Shown in pieces: positions 49,140 through 58,171 of a stretch of 64,000 nt of DNA. Below the pieces are notes generated by a model. That model did no database searches. It was given only the letters and a program-made list of their open reading frames with translations, and was not told where the DNA came from. Origin of the DNA: Bifidobacterium breve (GTDB taxonomy: Bacteria > Actinomycetota > Actinomycetes > Nanopelagicales > Nanopelagicaceae); the NCBI GenBank assembly GCA_945889195.1, contig CAMDBB010000007.1:12818-76817 (forward strand), given 5' to 3'. Numbering within the stretch: the first letter of the stretch is position 1; the number at the start of each line of letters is the position of its first letter. The position numbers were made by a program, and so were the translations under genes.

Positions 49140-51167
49140 CTATGCCACCTTCTTGATGCGCCCATCTGGTGCTGGAACTTGGGTGACTTTCCCAGCAGCC
49201 AAATCAGCCTTCAGCGCATCAACAAAGAGATCAAGGAGTGCACCTTGAACCTTGGCACGATCAGGTGAGAAAACATTCACATAACCATCTCCGCCATAGA
49301 TAACGAAGTCGAGAGTTGTGATTGTGTATTGAGTTCCATCCTCTGGAATTGCAGTTCCATCTAGCTTTGTTACTTCAACAATGCGGCTACCAACCGGCTT
49401 TGTTGAGTCAAAGCTAAATTTGAAACCAGAGATTTGTGGGAAACGACCATCGCCTGGATAGTTTCCGCCAACTCCATTTTCAAGTGCTTTCCATAGGTTT
49501 TCACCAGTTACTACAGAGGTAGCAATCTGATTTCCAAATGGGAAGACGCTGAATGCATCTCCTAGCGTCACATCGAGCGCCCCTGTCCCAGAACGTACGA
49601 GTGAACTATTTGCAGGAAGGTAGGTCTTTGCAGGGAAGGTATCGCGGATTCCCCCACCATTTTGAACCGCGAAATCTGTCTTGTATTTAGCGCGCATGAG
49701 ATCTGCAATGTAATTACCCATTGGAGTTTCGCCAGAACGCTCTACTGCAGGTGATCCGCCTCGAGGAAATACTCCTGAGACAGTTCCAATCTTGACATCA
49801 AGCTTTGCAGTGAGTTGATCCTTATAGGTCTTCACCATTGCAGCTGCTGCAGCATCTTGTGTTGTTACTGTGCTGACTACACCAGTAGTGATTGTTGGAG
49901 CAGCTGACTTCAATACATGTTGAATCGACTGTCCCACAACTTTTCCACGCTTGATGCAGATCTGAGTACGCGTGTACTCAACTCCTGAGTTTCTTGTCTG
50001 ACCAAGTACGACAGGGTTTGTACGGATCGTTCCTGGAATGAGTGATGCAAAAGTCTGGTGGCTATGTCCACCGTAGATTGCGACAGCGCCTTTAATATCT
50101 GCAGCTAACTCATTGAGTTGGCCCTTGGCGGTTCCATCTGCATTCTGCAACCAACCTTGGTGAAGAAGTGCAATAACAATCTCAGCTCCTGCAGCCTTAG
50201 CTTCAGTGATTGCCTTGTTTACGCCTTCGACTCCTGGGTTAATGGTGATGGTCTTCTTTGCACCTGTTGCACTCTTGTAATCAAGGTTGCCAGGAAAGAC
50301 CTGCTCGATAGTTTCTGGTGTATTTGAGCCTACAACGCCGATTTTGACTCCACCACGATCGATAATCGTGAAGTTCTTCATCTGCTTCTCGCCAGACTTA
50401 AGCACCGCAAGTGACTCTGCATCGTAGTTTGAGACAACCCACTGGAAATTAGAAAGACCAATCATCTTATTGAGGTGATCAAGGTTGCGGTCATGCTCGT
50501 GATTTCCGGGAATTGAGACATCGAGCTTTGCAGAGTTAAGTGTTTCAATAGTTGGAATTTCTTCAAATTCAGTAGAGATTGGAGGCGCTGCACCAAAGTT
50601 ATCTCCAGAGGAGAGAGCTACGGTTGCAGTATTTGCTTTACGGTCTGCATCCCAGTTGCTTGCCAATAAAGCGGCGCCAAAGGAGTTTCCTACTTCTACA
50701 GCACCATGCAAGTCACTCAGTTGTAAAACCTGAACGGCCTTGTTAACACTTGAAGAGACTGTTGCTAGTTGTGCTGCTGTGTATGACTTCGTCGAAGCTT
50801 TTGGCTGTGAAAATCCATATTCATTTACTGCCTGAACAACTGGTGTTCCAGCTGGTTGGCCAACTACGACTGGAAGAGTGACTACGTTGCTGTTCTTCAC
50901 TGGTACAAAGATTGGGCATGAACCCGCGCCAGCTGAGACAACATATCCAGTAACTCCAGGGCTAACGTCTGCGCCAGGAACCCAGCGCACTACAACTCCA
51001 CCGGATCCTAAGTAAGAGGTCACGCTTGTCGGCGCATTAGGAAGTGAGTATGTATTGGCGGTCGCAACTGGCGACATGACAGAGATGAGTAGCGCGGATG
51101 CTAATCCGAGCGCTCCACCTAAAGATTTAATTTTTGAAGTTTTCTGAGTTTTCATGGCGGCACTCAA
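49140..51167 (-). CDS. secreted bifunctional metallophosphatase/5'-nucleotidase with N-terminal FN3-like segment
   Basis: 675 aa with signal peptide, the motifs LSDLHG, GDNFG, GNHEHD and GGHSH, and a C-terminal 5'-nucleotidase domain. Confidence 0.88.
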   Translation of the reverse strand: MSAAMKTQKTSKIKSLGGALGLASALLISVMSPVATANTYSLPNAPTSVTSYLGSGGVVVRWVPGADVSPGVTGYVVSAGAGSCPIFVPVKNSNVVTLPVVVGQPAGTPVVQAVNEYGFSQPKASTKSYTAAQLATVSSSVNKAVQVLQLSDLHGAVEVGNSFGAALLASNWDADRKANTATVALSSGDNFGAAPPISTEFEEIPTIETLNSAKLDVSIPGNHEHDRNLDHLNKMIGLSNFQWVVSNYDAESLAVLKSGEKQMKNFTIIDRGGVKIGVVGSNTPETIEQVFPGNLDYKSATGAKKTITINPGVEGVNKAITEAKAAGAEIVIALLHQGWLQNADGTAKGQLNELAADIKGAVAIYGGHSHQTFASLIPGTIRTNPVVLGQTRNSGVEYTRTQICIKRGKVVGQSIQHVLKSAAPTITTGVVSTVTTQDAAAAAMVKTYKDQLTAKLDVKIGTVSGVFPRGGSPAVERSGETPMGNYIADLMRAKYKTDFAVQNGGGIRDTFPAKTYLPANSSLVRSGTGALDVTLGDAFSVFPFGNQIATSVVTGENLWKALENGVGGNYPGDGRFPQISGFKFSFDSTKPVGSRIVEVTKLDGTAIPEDGTQYTITTLDFVIYGGDGYVNVFSPDRAKVQGALLDLFVDALKADLAAGKVTQVPAPDGRIKKVA

Positions 51168-51232
51168 TCAGTGAAGTGCAAAAGTGGAGTGACGCCAAGA
51201 TGAATGTAGTGCGACCTAACGGTTAAGCCTTG

Positions 51233-52507
51233 CTATAGCCCCGCATGCTTGAAGAGCTCTTCGCGAGTTACCGCCTTGCGGCGAGGTTTGCCGACAGGCT
51301 CACCTGCAGCAATCTCAGCCTCATTAATGGCCTGCCAATGCATCTGAGTAACAACCTTATTGTGGGCGATGATCTCTGCGACATCGCCGGCGTTCTTAGG
51401 GGCCTTTAGATCTTCAACCAGCAACTTCATCACATCTGCAGCATCTGATTTATTGGTGCCAATAACTCCAGATGGTCCGCGCTTTGCCCAGCCAACAACA
51501 TAGATGTTCTCTTTAACGCGACCTTCGACGTTAACAACTTTGCCCTTTTCATAGGGAATACCTTCAAGAGGCGCTGCCTCATAACCAATGGCAGTAATGA
51601 CTAGGCCACACTTGATGGAAAAAGTCTCGTCGGTGCCAGTCTTCTTAAAGACCACTTCTTCAACGCGGTTGGCGCCCTTGATTTCTACTGGGGTTGCGAG
51701 GAATTGAAACTTCATGGTGCGGGCGTGGTTGGTTGGCTCTTGCTCGGCAATCAACAACATGGCATCTAAGTTGCTCTTCACATCTTTTTCAGGTGCATCG
51801 CCAACGCGAGATAGAGCAGCTGCAATATCTGACTTCTCGATAATGACAATTGTATGTTCAAGTTTTGGCAGCTCGCGCAATTCAGGAGAAGTAAAGGCGG
51901 CATGTTCTGGCCCACGGCGAGCGCTGATGACTACATTGCGAATTGCGCTCTCTTTAAAGGCGTCAATCGCATGGTCTGCGGTATCTGTTGGATCTAGCTC
52001 ACTTGGTTCAAGTGCCAACATGCGAGCCACATCCATCGCCACATTTCCGGCGCCGATAACTACGGCTGTATCGCAACTTAAATCTATCTCTTCATCTTTA
52101 AAGTCTGGGTGTGAGTTGTACCAAGGAACGAATGCGGCAGCCGACATAGAGCCAGGCATATCTTCGCCAGGGATACCAAGTCGCTTGCCTAAAGCTGATC
52201 CGGTAGCAATAACAACGGCGTCATACATATCTTTCAGCTGCTCAATTGTTAAATCAGAGCCGAGTTCAACGTTGGCAAAAAGTCTGAAGTTTGGCTCATT
52301 TGCAACCTTCTCAAAAACCTTTGCCACAGTTTTAATCTTGGGATGATCCGGTGCAACGCCACTTCTTACCAAGCCCCATGGTGTTGGCAGACGCTCAATC
52401 ATGTCGATAGAGAACTTCAACTCCTCTGTCTGCAGGTTATTGAGTGCGAGGGTGGCAAAGTAGCCGGCAGGACCAGCACCGACGATTGCTACTTTGTATT
52501 GAGGCAC
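51233..52507 (-). CDS. fprA: ferredoxin-NADP+ reductase, FprA (adrenodoxin-reductase) type
   Basis: 424 aa with IVGAGPAG, MIERLPTPWGLVRSGVAPDHPKIK and VGW.KRGP.GVIGTNK, collinear with mycobacterial FprA as I recall it. Confidence 0.85.
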   Translation of the reverse strand: MPQYKVAIVGAGPAGYFATLALNNLQTEELKFSIDMIERLPTPWGLVRSGVAPDHPKIKTVAKVFEKVANEPNFRLFANVELGSDLTIEQLKDMYDAVVIATGSALGKRLGIPGEDMPGSMSAAAFVPWYNSHPDFKDEEIDLSCDTAVVIGAGNVAMDVARMLALEPSELDPTDTADHAIDAFKESAIRNVVISARRGPEHAAFTSPELRELPKLEHTIVIIEKSDIAAALSRVGDAPEKDVKSNLDAMLLIAEQEPTNHARTMKFQFLATPVEIKGANRVEEVVFKKTGTDETFSIKCGLVITAIGYEAAPLEGIPYEKGKVVNVEGRVKENIYVVGWAKRGPSGVIGTNKSDAADVMKLLVEDLKAPKNAGDVAEIIAHNKVVTQMHWQAINEAEIAAGEPVGKPRRKAVTREELFKHAGL

Positions 52508-52525
52508 TGCCCAAGGTTACCGCGC

Positions 52526-53161
52526 TTAATCGAGGGTAATCACGGCGTGAGCGCGCGACCTGCCTGCAGCGATGGTGTGGGCATTTACTTCATCGCTGCC
52601 ACGAGACCAGCTTTCGGCAGCTTCTGGGCTTTTGCCATAAGCGATGTGTCTAGCGATGAGGCGTTCTAACCGTTTCTCATCATCGACATCAATGAACCAG
52701 ATTTCATCAAGTAAATCCGCGATTGCTTCCCATCCGCCTGTGTCATGAAGTAAGTAATTGCCTTCAACGATAACTACTTTGGTCTCTTGTGTGACAACCC
52801 CTTGAGCTGCAATAGATTCTTCAATAGAGCGATCAAAGACTGGAAAGTAAATATCAACTGATTTTTCAGCGCGGATTCGTTGTAATAGAGATGCAAAACC
52901 AGCAACATCGAAGGTATCTGGGGCTCCCTTACGATCTGCACGGTCGATTTCTTGTAGAACAGCGTTGCTGAGGTGGTAGCCATCCATAGGAACGACCGTT
53001 ACTTCAGAGCTCTGCAACTCTTGCAGCAGATACGCCGACAAGGTCGATTTACCGGCGCCTGGTTTTCCAACTATTCCGACAAGAGCGCGATCAGTTGAGC
53101 GATTCAATAACTCTCTGATTCGCAGCAGGGCTCCTTCTTTGCCGCTGATTACACCTGTCAT
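52526..53161 (-). CDS. nucleoside/nucleotide kinase family P-loop protein
   Basis: 211 aa with GKPGAGKST Walker A. Uridine-kinase/PRK-like fold. The substrate is unknown. Confidence 0.65.
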   Translation of the reverse strand: MTGVISGKEGALLRIRELLNRSTDRALVGIVGKPGAGKSTLSAYLLQELQSSEVTVVPMDGYHLSNAVLQEIDRADRKGAPDTFDVAGFASLLQRIRAEKSVDIYFPVFDRSIEESIAAQGVVTQETKVVIVEGNYLLHDTGGWEAIADLLDEIWFIDVDDEKRLERLIARHIAYGKSPEAAESWSRGSDEVNAHTIAAGRSRAHAVITLD

Positions 53162-53190
53162 TGTGAAATATTAACGGCTATTCTTTTGCT

Positions 53191-54225
53191 ATGTCACAGA
53201 GTTCAGCAGTCCCAGCGAAGTTACCTTCTAATCAATTCGATCACTTTTACCGTGGAGGCAATCGCATCGGCGCACTGCGCCATGGCCCTGGTGGACCTAT
53301 GCGTCCCGAAGAGTGGATTGGTTCAGTCACGACTCGATTTGGCGAAGCAGAACAAGGGCTATCAAAGCTCAGCGATGGAACGTTACTTAAAGATGCCATC
53401 AAGAACGACTCTGATGCGTGGTTGGGTGCAGACCATGTAAAGAACTTTGGTTTGAGTACCGAGATTCTTATCAAGCTACTCGATCCTGATCAGCGCCTTC
53501 CAGTTCACTATCACCCAAATAAAGCTTTCGCTAAGCAACACTTAGGGTTAGATCACGGCAAGACAGAAGCGTGGATCATCCTCGAAGCACCTGCTGGAAG
53601 TGGCGTAGGGCTTGGCTTTAAAGAGATTCAGAATAAAGAAGATTTATTGAAGTTAGTTCGTAGCCAAGATTCTGCAGCGCTGCTCGCATCCCTGCGTCGC
53701 TCTGAAGTTTCTGTTGGAGATGCGATCTTGGTTCCAGCTGGTGTTGCGCATGCCATCGATGCCGGAATCTTTTTACTTGAGTTGCAGGAGCCAACAGATT
53801 TATCTGCCCTTCTTGAATGGGAAGGCTTTGCAGTTGATGGAATTAAAGATGGCCACCTAGGCCTTGGCTTTGAGACTGTGACAGATGCTCTCAAGCTTGA
53901 TCCGCTGACAGATAGCGAATTCGAATCGTTGATCACACGTAACGCCTTAACCGGTGGTGCGCTTCGTTCGATTCTGCCGCTTAAGGCAGATGGTTACTTT
54001 AGAGCGCATTTAGCGCCACAGGCCGGTGACTTTGAGGCGGGCTTTGCTATCGCCCTTGTGCTCAACGGTTCTGGTTCTGTGACATTTGCAAACGCACCTG
54101 CCATGGAGATTACCCAGGGTGATGCCCTTGTGATTCCACATGCAGCAGGTAACTACTCAATAAGTGGCGCAAATGTGATTGTCTGCCGTCCACCATTGGC
54201 AGAGCTAGCGCGCGTTGCTATTTAG
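53191..54225 (+). CDS. manA: class I mannose-6-phosphate isomerase
   Basis: 344 aa. Cupin metal ligands are present (HYHPNK, TEAWIILE, VPAGVAHAI). Confidence 0.8.
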   Translation: MSQSSAVPAKLPSNQFDHFYRGGNRIGALRHGPGGPMRPEEWIGSVTTRFGEAEQGLSKLSDGTLLKDAIKNDSDAWLGADHVKNFGLSTEILIKLLDPDQRLPVHYHPNKAFAKQHLGLDHGKTEAWIILEAPAGSGVGLGFKEIQNKEDLLKLVRSQDSAALLASLRRSEVSVGDAILVPAGVAHAIDAGIFLLELQEPTDLSALLEWEGFAVDGIKDGHLGLGFETVTDALKLDPLTDSEFESLITRNALTGGALRSILPLKADGYFRAHLAPQAGDFEAGFAIALVLNGSGSVTFANAPAMEITQGDALVIPHAAGNYSISGANVIVCRPPLAELARVAI

Positions 54226-54886
54226 TTGAACCTGGTTGTCCATAAACATTTTGGTAGCGATCAAATAACTTATCGATATCAGCTGGGCTAATTATCTGCA
54301 GAGTTCCCATTGTTTTGGCAATCCAGGTTGTCTTAGCAACGTCTTCACACATCACCGCTGATTTAACCGCAGCCGTTGCGCTTTTCCCGATGGTAAAGAC
54401 CCCGTGGTTCTTCATCAGTACTGCAGTTGAGCGATGACCGGTAAGGGATTCAACAACTCCTTTACCAATTTCATCATTGCCAATGAGCGCAAATGGACCT
54501 AGCGGAATCTCTCCACCAAATTCATCTGCCATTGCAGTAAGTGCACAAGGAATAGCGCTATGGATAGCTGCCCAAGCAGCTGCGTAATTAGAGTGGGTAT
54601 GAACCACGCCATTGACGTGGCTCATGTGGCGATAGATATAAGCATGCGTTTGAGTGTCACTTGATGGTGCAAGTTCTCCCTCAAGAACATTTCCATCAAG
54701 GTCACAGATAATCATCTGTGACGGCTTAAGTTCTTCATACATCACACCGCTTGGCTTGATCATAAAGCTCTTGCCATCTTCCATGCGTTCAGAGACGTTG
54801 CCGGAGGTCCATGCGACTAAGCCATAGCGTTGTAGATCAATATTGAGTTTGCAGATCTTCTCTCGAAGTTGGCTATGGGTTGTCAT
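54218..54886 (-). CDS. araD: L-ribulose-5-phosphate 4-epimerase
   Basis: 222 aa, class II aldolase/adducin fold with the HTHS metal motif. Confidence 0.9.
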   Translation of the reverse strand: MTTHSQLREKICKLNIDLQRYGLVAWTSGNVSERMEDGKSFMIKPSGVMYEELKPSQMIICDLDGNVLEGELAPSSDTQTHAYIYRHMSHVNGVVHTHSNYAAAWAAIHSAIPCALTAMADEFGGEIPLGPFALIGNDEIGKGVVESLTGHRSTAVLMKNHGVFTIGKSATAAVKSAVMCEDVAKTTWIAKTMGTLQIISPADIDKLFDRYQNVYGQPGSTK

Positions 54887-56553
54887 TACGCTCCCCCTAA
54901 GAGTGCACGATCGCGAATAGCGCGCAGTGAATGCATTGCGCCGTTATGTCCAAAATCTTCATAGAGCTCGTTGTAGTGGCGATAGAGCTGGTCATAGACC
55001 TTGGCGTTGGCAGCGTTTGGTTGATATGACTCTTGCGCAACGCCTCCCATAGCAGCACCTGCTGTCACAACATCTGGGTAAGCACCTGCGGCAACAGCCG
55101 CGTGAATCGCAGAACCGAGCGCTGGACCTTGGGCAGAGGCGATGATGGTGATGGGCATATTGAGAACATCGGCATAGATCTGCATAACAAAACTATTCTT
55201 AATTAACCCACCTGCTGCAATGAATTCCTTAACTGGAACACCTGATTCATTAAAGGTCTGAACAATCTTGCGAGCACCGTAAGCAGTTGATTCAACAATT
55301 GCGCGATAGATCTCTTCTGGTTTTGTTGCAAGAGTCATTCCTACAATCAGCCCAGATAGTTGGTGATCAACCAAGGTAGAACGATTGCCACTCTGCCAAT
55401 CGAGTGCAACTAGACCGTGTGCACCTACAGGTTGCTTGCTTGCGAGCTGCGACAAGTAGGTGTGAATATCAACGCCAACACTTTGTGCTGCAGCTGTATA
55501 TGTAGCTGGCGCATAGTTATTGGCAAACCAACCGAAGATGTCGCCAACGCCTGATTGGCCTGCTTCATAACCAAGTTTTCCGCTGATAATTCCGCCATCA
55601 ACGACTCCACACATTCCAGGAACTTCAGCAAATTTTTCAGAGACCATCACGTGGCAGGTTGATGTGCCCATGATTGCAACCATCTGTCCTGGATTCACAG
55701 CGTTGGCGGCAGCGGATGTGACATGTGCATCGACATTGCCAACAGCAACTGCTATTCCTTCAGGTAGACCGGTCCAGCTGGCAGCTTCTGCCGTTAGCGT
55801 TCCAGCGAGCGCACCTAACTGCCCAATCTCGTGTTCTAGCTTTTCAGAGATGAAGTTTTCAAACTTTGGATTAAGCGCAGCTAAATACTCGCGGCTGGGA
55901 TAGGCGCCATCTTGCAACATACCTTTGTAACCTGCTGTGCAGATATTGCGAACATACTTGCCACAGAGCTGCCAGATAATCCAGTCAGCAGCTTCTACCC
56001 ATTTATCCATGGCGCTATAAATTTCAGGCGCTTCTTCTAGAAGTTGTAGCGCTTTGGCGAACTCCCATTCAGATGAAATCTTTCCGCCATAACGTGCAAT
56101 CCATGGCTCTTTCCGTGAGTGAGCTAAATCTGTAATGCGATCTGCATGTGGTTGCGCCGCATGGTGCTTCCATAACTTCACAAAGGCATGTGGGTTCTTG
56201 GAAAATTCAGCGAGCTCTGAAAGTGGAGTTCCATCTTCTTTCACTGGCAAGACAGTGCAGGCGGTGAAATCTGTGGCGATGCCGATTACTTGTGCTGGAT
56301 TGATGCCTGATGTCTTAAGAACTTCTGGGACAGTTTTCTTGAGAACATCGACAAAATCAGATGGAACTTGTAGCGCCCAATCGGGTGGCAGTTTGGCGCC
56401 TGATGTTGGAAGAACTTCTTCAATAACTGCATGTGGATATTCAAAGACTGCAGTTGCGATTTCTGCGCCATCGGAGACTCGCACGAGCAACGCGCGCCCG
56501 GAAAGGGTTCCGTAATCAACGCCAATGACATATATTTCATCAGAAGATGGCAT
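54886..56553 (-). CDS. araB: ribulokinase
   Basis: FGGY kinase. I start it at ATG 56553 (MPSSDEIYVIGVDYGT..). The 21-codon extension in the track (to 56616) runs through a tRNA-like element. Confidence 0.9.
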   Translation of the reverse strand: MPSSDEIYVIGVDYGTLSGRALLVRVSDGAEIATAVFEYPHAVIEEVLPTSGAKLPPDWALQVPSDFVDVLKKTVPEVLKTSGINPAQVIGIATDFTACTVLPVKEDGTPLSELAEFSKNPHAFVKLWKHHAAQPHADRITDLAHSRKEPWIARYGGKISSEWEFAKALQLLEEAPEIYSAMDKWVEAADWIIWQLCGKYVRNICTAGYKGMLQDGAYPSREYLAALNPKFENFISEKLEHEIGQLGALAGTLTAEAASWTGLPEGIAVAVGNVDAHVTSAAANAVNPGQMVAIMGTSTCHVMVSEKFAEVPGMCGVVDGGIISGKLGYEAGQSGVGDIFGWFANNYAPATYTAAAQSVGVDIHTYLSQLASKQPVGAHGLVALDWQSGNRSTLVDHQLSGLIVGMTLATKPEEIYRAIVESTAYGARKIVQTFNESGVPVKEFIAAGGLIKNSFVMQIYADVLNMPITIIASAQGPALGSAIHAAVAAGAYPDVVTAGAAMGGVAQESYQPNAANAKVYDQLYRHYNELYEDFGHNGAMHSLRAIRDRALLGGA

Positions 56554-56577
56554 ACGCGAAAGCCTATCTTTAATCTG

Positions 56578-56661
56578 CGGAGACGAGGAGATTTGAACTC
56601 CTGAAGGCTTTAACACCTTACCTCGTTAGCAGTGAGGACTGCAGGGTTATCCCATCTCTCA
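56578..56661 (-). pseudogene. degenerate tRNA-Ser(GCU)-like element
   Basis: Minus strand: perfect T arm AGGAG-TTCAAAT-CTCCT, long variable arm AAGG-N8-CCTT, anticodon arm CCTC(A)-CTGCTAA-(C)GAGG. The acceptor pairs at only 4/7 positions. The D arm is reduced to GGG-ATAA-CCC and lacks the GG dinucleotide. Confidence 0.5.
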
Positions 56662-56889
56662 TCTACGCTTATTTAACCAGTTTACAGTGCAATTATTTAG
56701 TTCAAATATGCCTATCTGAACCTAATTCCTGGGCAAAACATGGGCAAAAAAGAAGAGTCGCCCTATAAGCCGGATTAGATATCTTGCTCACGCCACGCCA
56801 AGACCATGGATGGCATAGAGGCAAAAGCGAATATGACTGCAATTGCCATATAGCTTCCGTCGTTTCCTTCAGGTTCAAGCTTCATCTTC

Positions 56890-57021
56890 ATGTCGAGCTG
56901 CCACGCAACAGAACATCGGGCTCAGATTGCAGGCATCTTTGCTAATCACGGGTTAAAGGTAATTGACCTAGATGCGATCGATATGTGGGAATTTGCTAAC
57001 TACGAAGGACTTGGGGATTAA
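56890..57021 (+). pseudogene. rhodanese-like C-terminal fragment (43-codon ORF)
   Basis: The translation MSSCHATEHRAQIAGIFANHGLKVIDLDAIDMWEF.. fits the rhodanese active-site loop (C-x5-R) and following helix/strand pattern. The upstream in-frame sequence is broken by TAG codons at 56775 and 56850. Confidence 0.35.
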
Positions 57022-57046
57022 TTAAAGAATTGCTTGCAAGAATTAT

Positions 57047-58090
57047 CTAGAAAGTTGAGCAATCGATAACAAAGCGGTATCTAACATCACTTGCAACGGT
57101 TCTATCGTAAGCCTCATTGATATAATCAGCGCTGATCACCTCTACTTCGCTGACTATGTTGTTAGCCCCACAGAAATCAAGCATCTCTTGTGTTTCAGGG
57201 ATTCCACCAATCAAAGAGCCTGAAACAGAGCGCCGGCCATCCAGCAGAGATCCTGCGCCCATGCTGAAGGGCTCGCTAGGAACGCCAATCACTATTAGCG
57301 AGCCATCTGTTGCAAGTGTTGATAGATAGGGCTCTAGGTCTAAATGGGCGGATACGGTATTTAAAATGAGATCAAAACTTTTTTGGTATCCAAGATGCCA
57401 ATCAGCTTTTCCAGTGTCAATGAAATCAATTGCACCGAAAGCTCTTGCATCCTTTTCTTTAGCATCAGAGTGGGATAAAACAGTTACGTTGGCACCAAGG
57501 GCTATGGCAAATTTAACTGCCATATGTCCCAAACCGCCGAGTCCGGCAACTGCAACGTTGCTCCCTGGGCCGACCTTCCATTTCTTTAGCGGGGAGTAGG
57601 TAGTGATTCCAGCGCAGAGTAAGGGAGCCATCGCTGCCATATCAAGATTTGCCGGAAGTTTATAAGCATAACTCTCTGGAATTACGAAGTAATTTGAATA
57701 ACCACCATAGGCAATCTGCTTGGTATTTCTCTCATAGGCGTTGTAAGTGTCGGTATATCCTTCTAAACAATACTGCTGCAAACCATTTAAACAGTTCTTA
57801 CAATTTCTGCAGGAATCAATAAATACTCCTACGCCAATCCGATCGCCAGTTTTAAATTTTGATACGCCGCTTCCAACTGAAGTTACAGTGCCAACAAACT
57901 CGTGGCCCGGAACCATAGGGAAATTTGCTTCTCCCCATTCTTCTCTGGCCTGATGGATATCAGTGTGGCAGATACCAGAAAAGTCAATGCGGAATCCAAC
58001 GTCATCACTTCTGAGATCTCGTCTTTCAAAGGTGTATGGTTCTAATTTACCCTTTGCCGACATAGCTGCGAAGGCTTTAGTTGCAGTCAT
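57047..58090 (-). CDS. zinc-dependent NAD(P) alcohol dehydrogenase (CAD family)
   Basis: 347 aa with GICHTD, GHEFVG, structural-zinc Cys cluster C..C..C......C, and GLGGLGH. Confidence 0.9.
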   Translation of the reverse strand: MTATKAFAAMSAKGKLEPYTFERRDLRSDDVGFRIDFSGICHTDIHQAREEWGEANFPMVPGHEFVGTVTSVGSGVSKFKTGDRIGVGVFIDSCRNCKNCLNGLQQYCLEGYTDTYNAYERNTKQIAYGGYSNYFVIPESYAYKLPANLDMAAMAPLLCAGITTYSPLKKWKVGPGSNVAVAGLGGLGHMAVKFAIALGANVTVLSHSDAKEKDARAFGAIDFIDTGKADWHLGYQKSFDLILNTVSAHLDLEPYLSTLATDGSLIVIGVPSEPFSMGAGSLLDGRRSVSGSLIGGIPETQEMLDFCGANNIVSEVEVISADYINEAYDRTVASDVRYRFVIDCSTF

Positions 58091-58171
58091 TATTTTCCCC
58101 TCTAGTTTGATGGTTTAGTTAAATGGTTTGGCATTGCATTAAATTGTAAGTGGGTTGTAGGGAACATGCAA

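Noticed and set aside
51714-52346. Long antisense ORFs in the track, for example 51714..52346 + (210 aa), 32224..32763 - (179 aa), 14503..15021 + (172 aa), 16945..17415 + (156 aa), 6170..6628 + (152 aa) and 2191..2574 + (127 aa).
   Set aside because: Each lies fully inside a gene on the opposite strand that has clear family motifs (fprA, upp, tlpA/nth, yqeY, purC/purB, SCP/purL). Their products are Ser/Ala/Arg/Pro-rich and low in complexity, as expected for the reverse frames of real genes.
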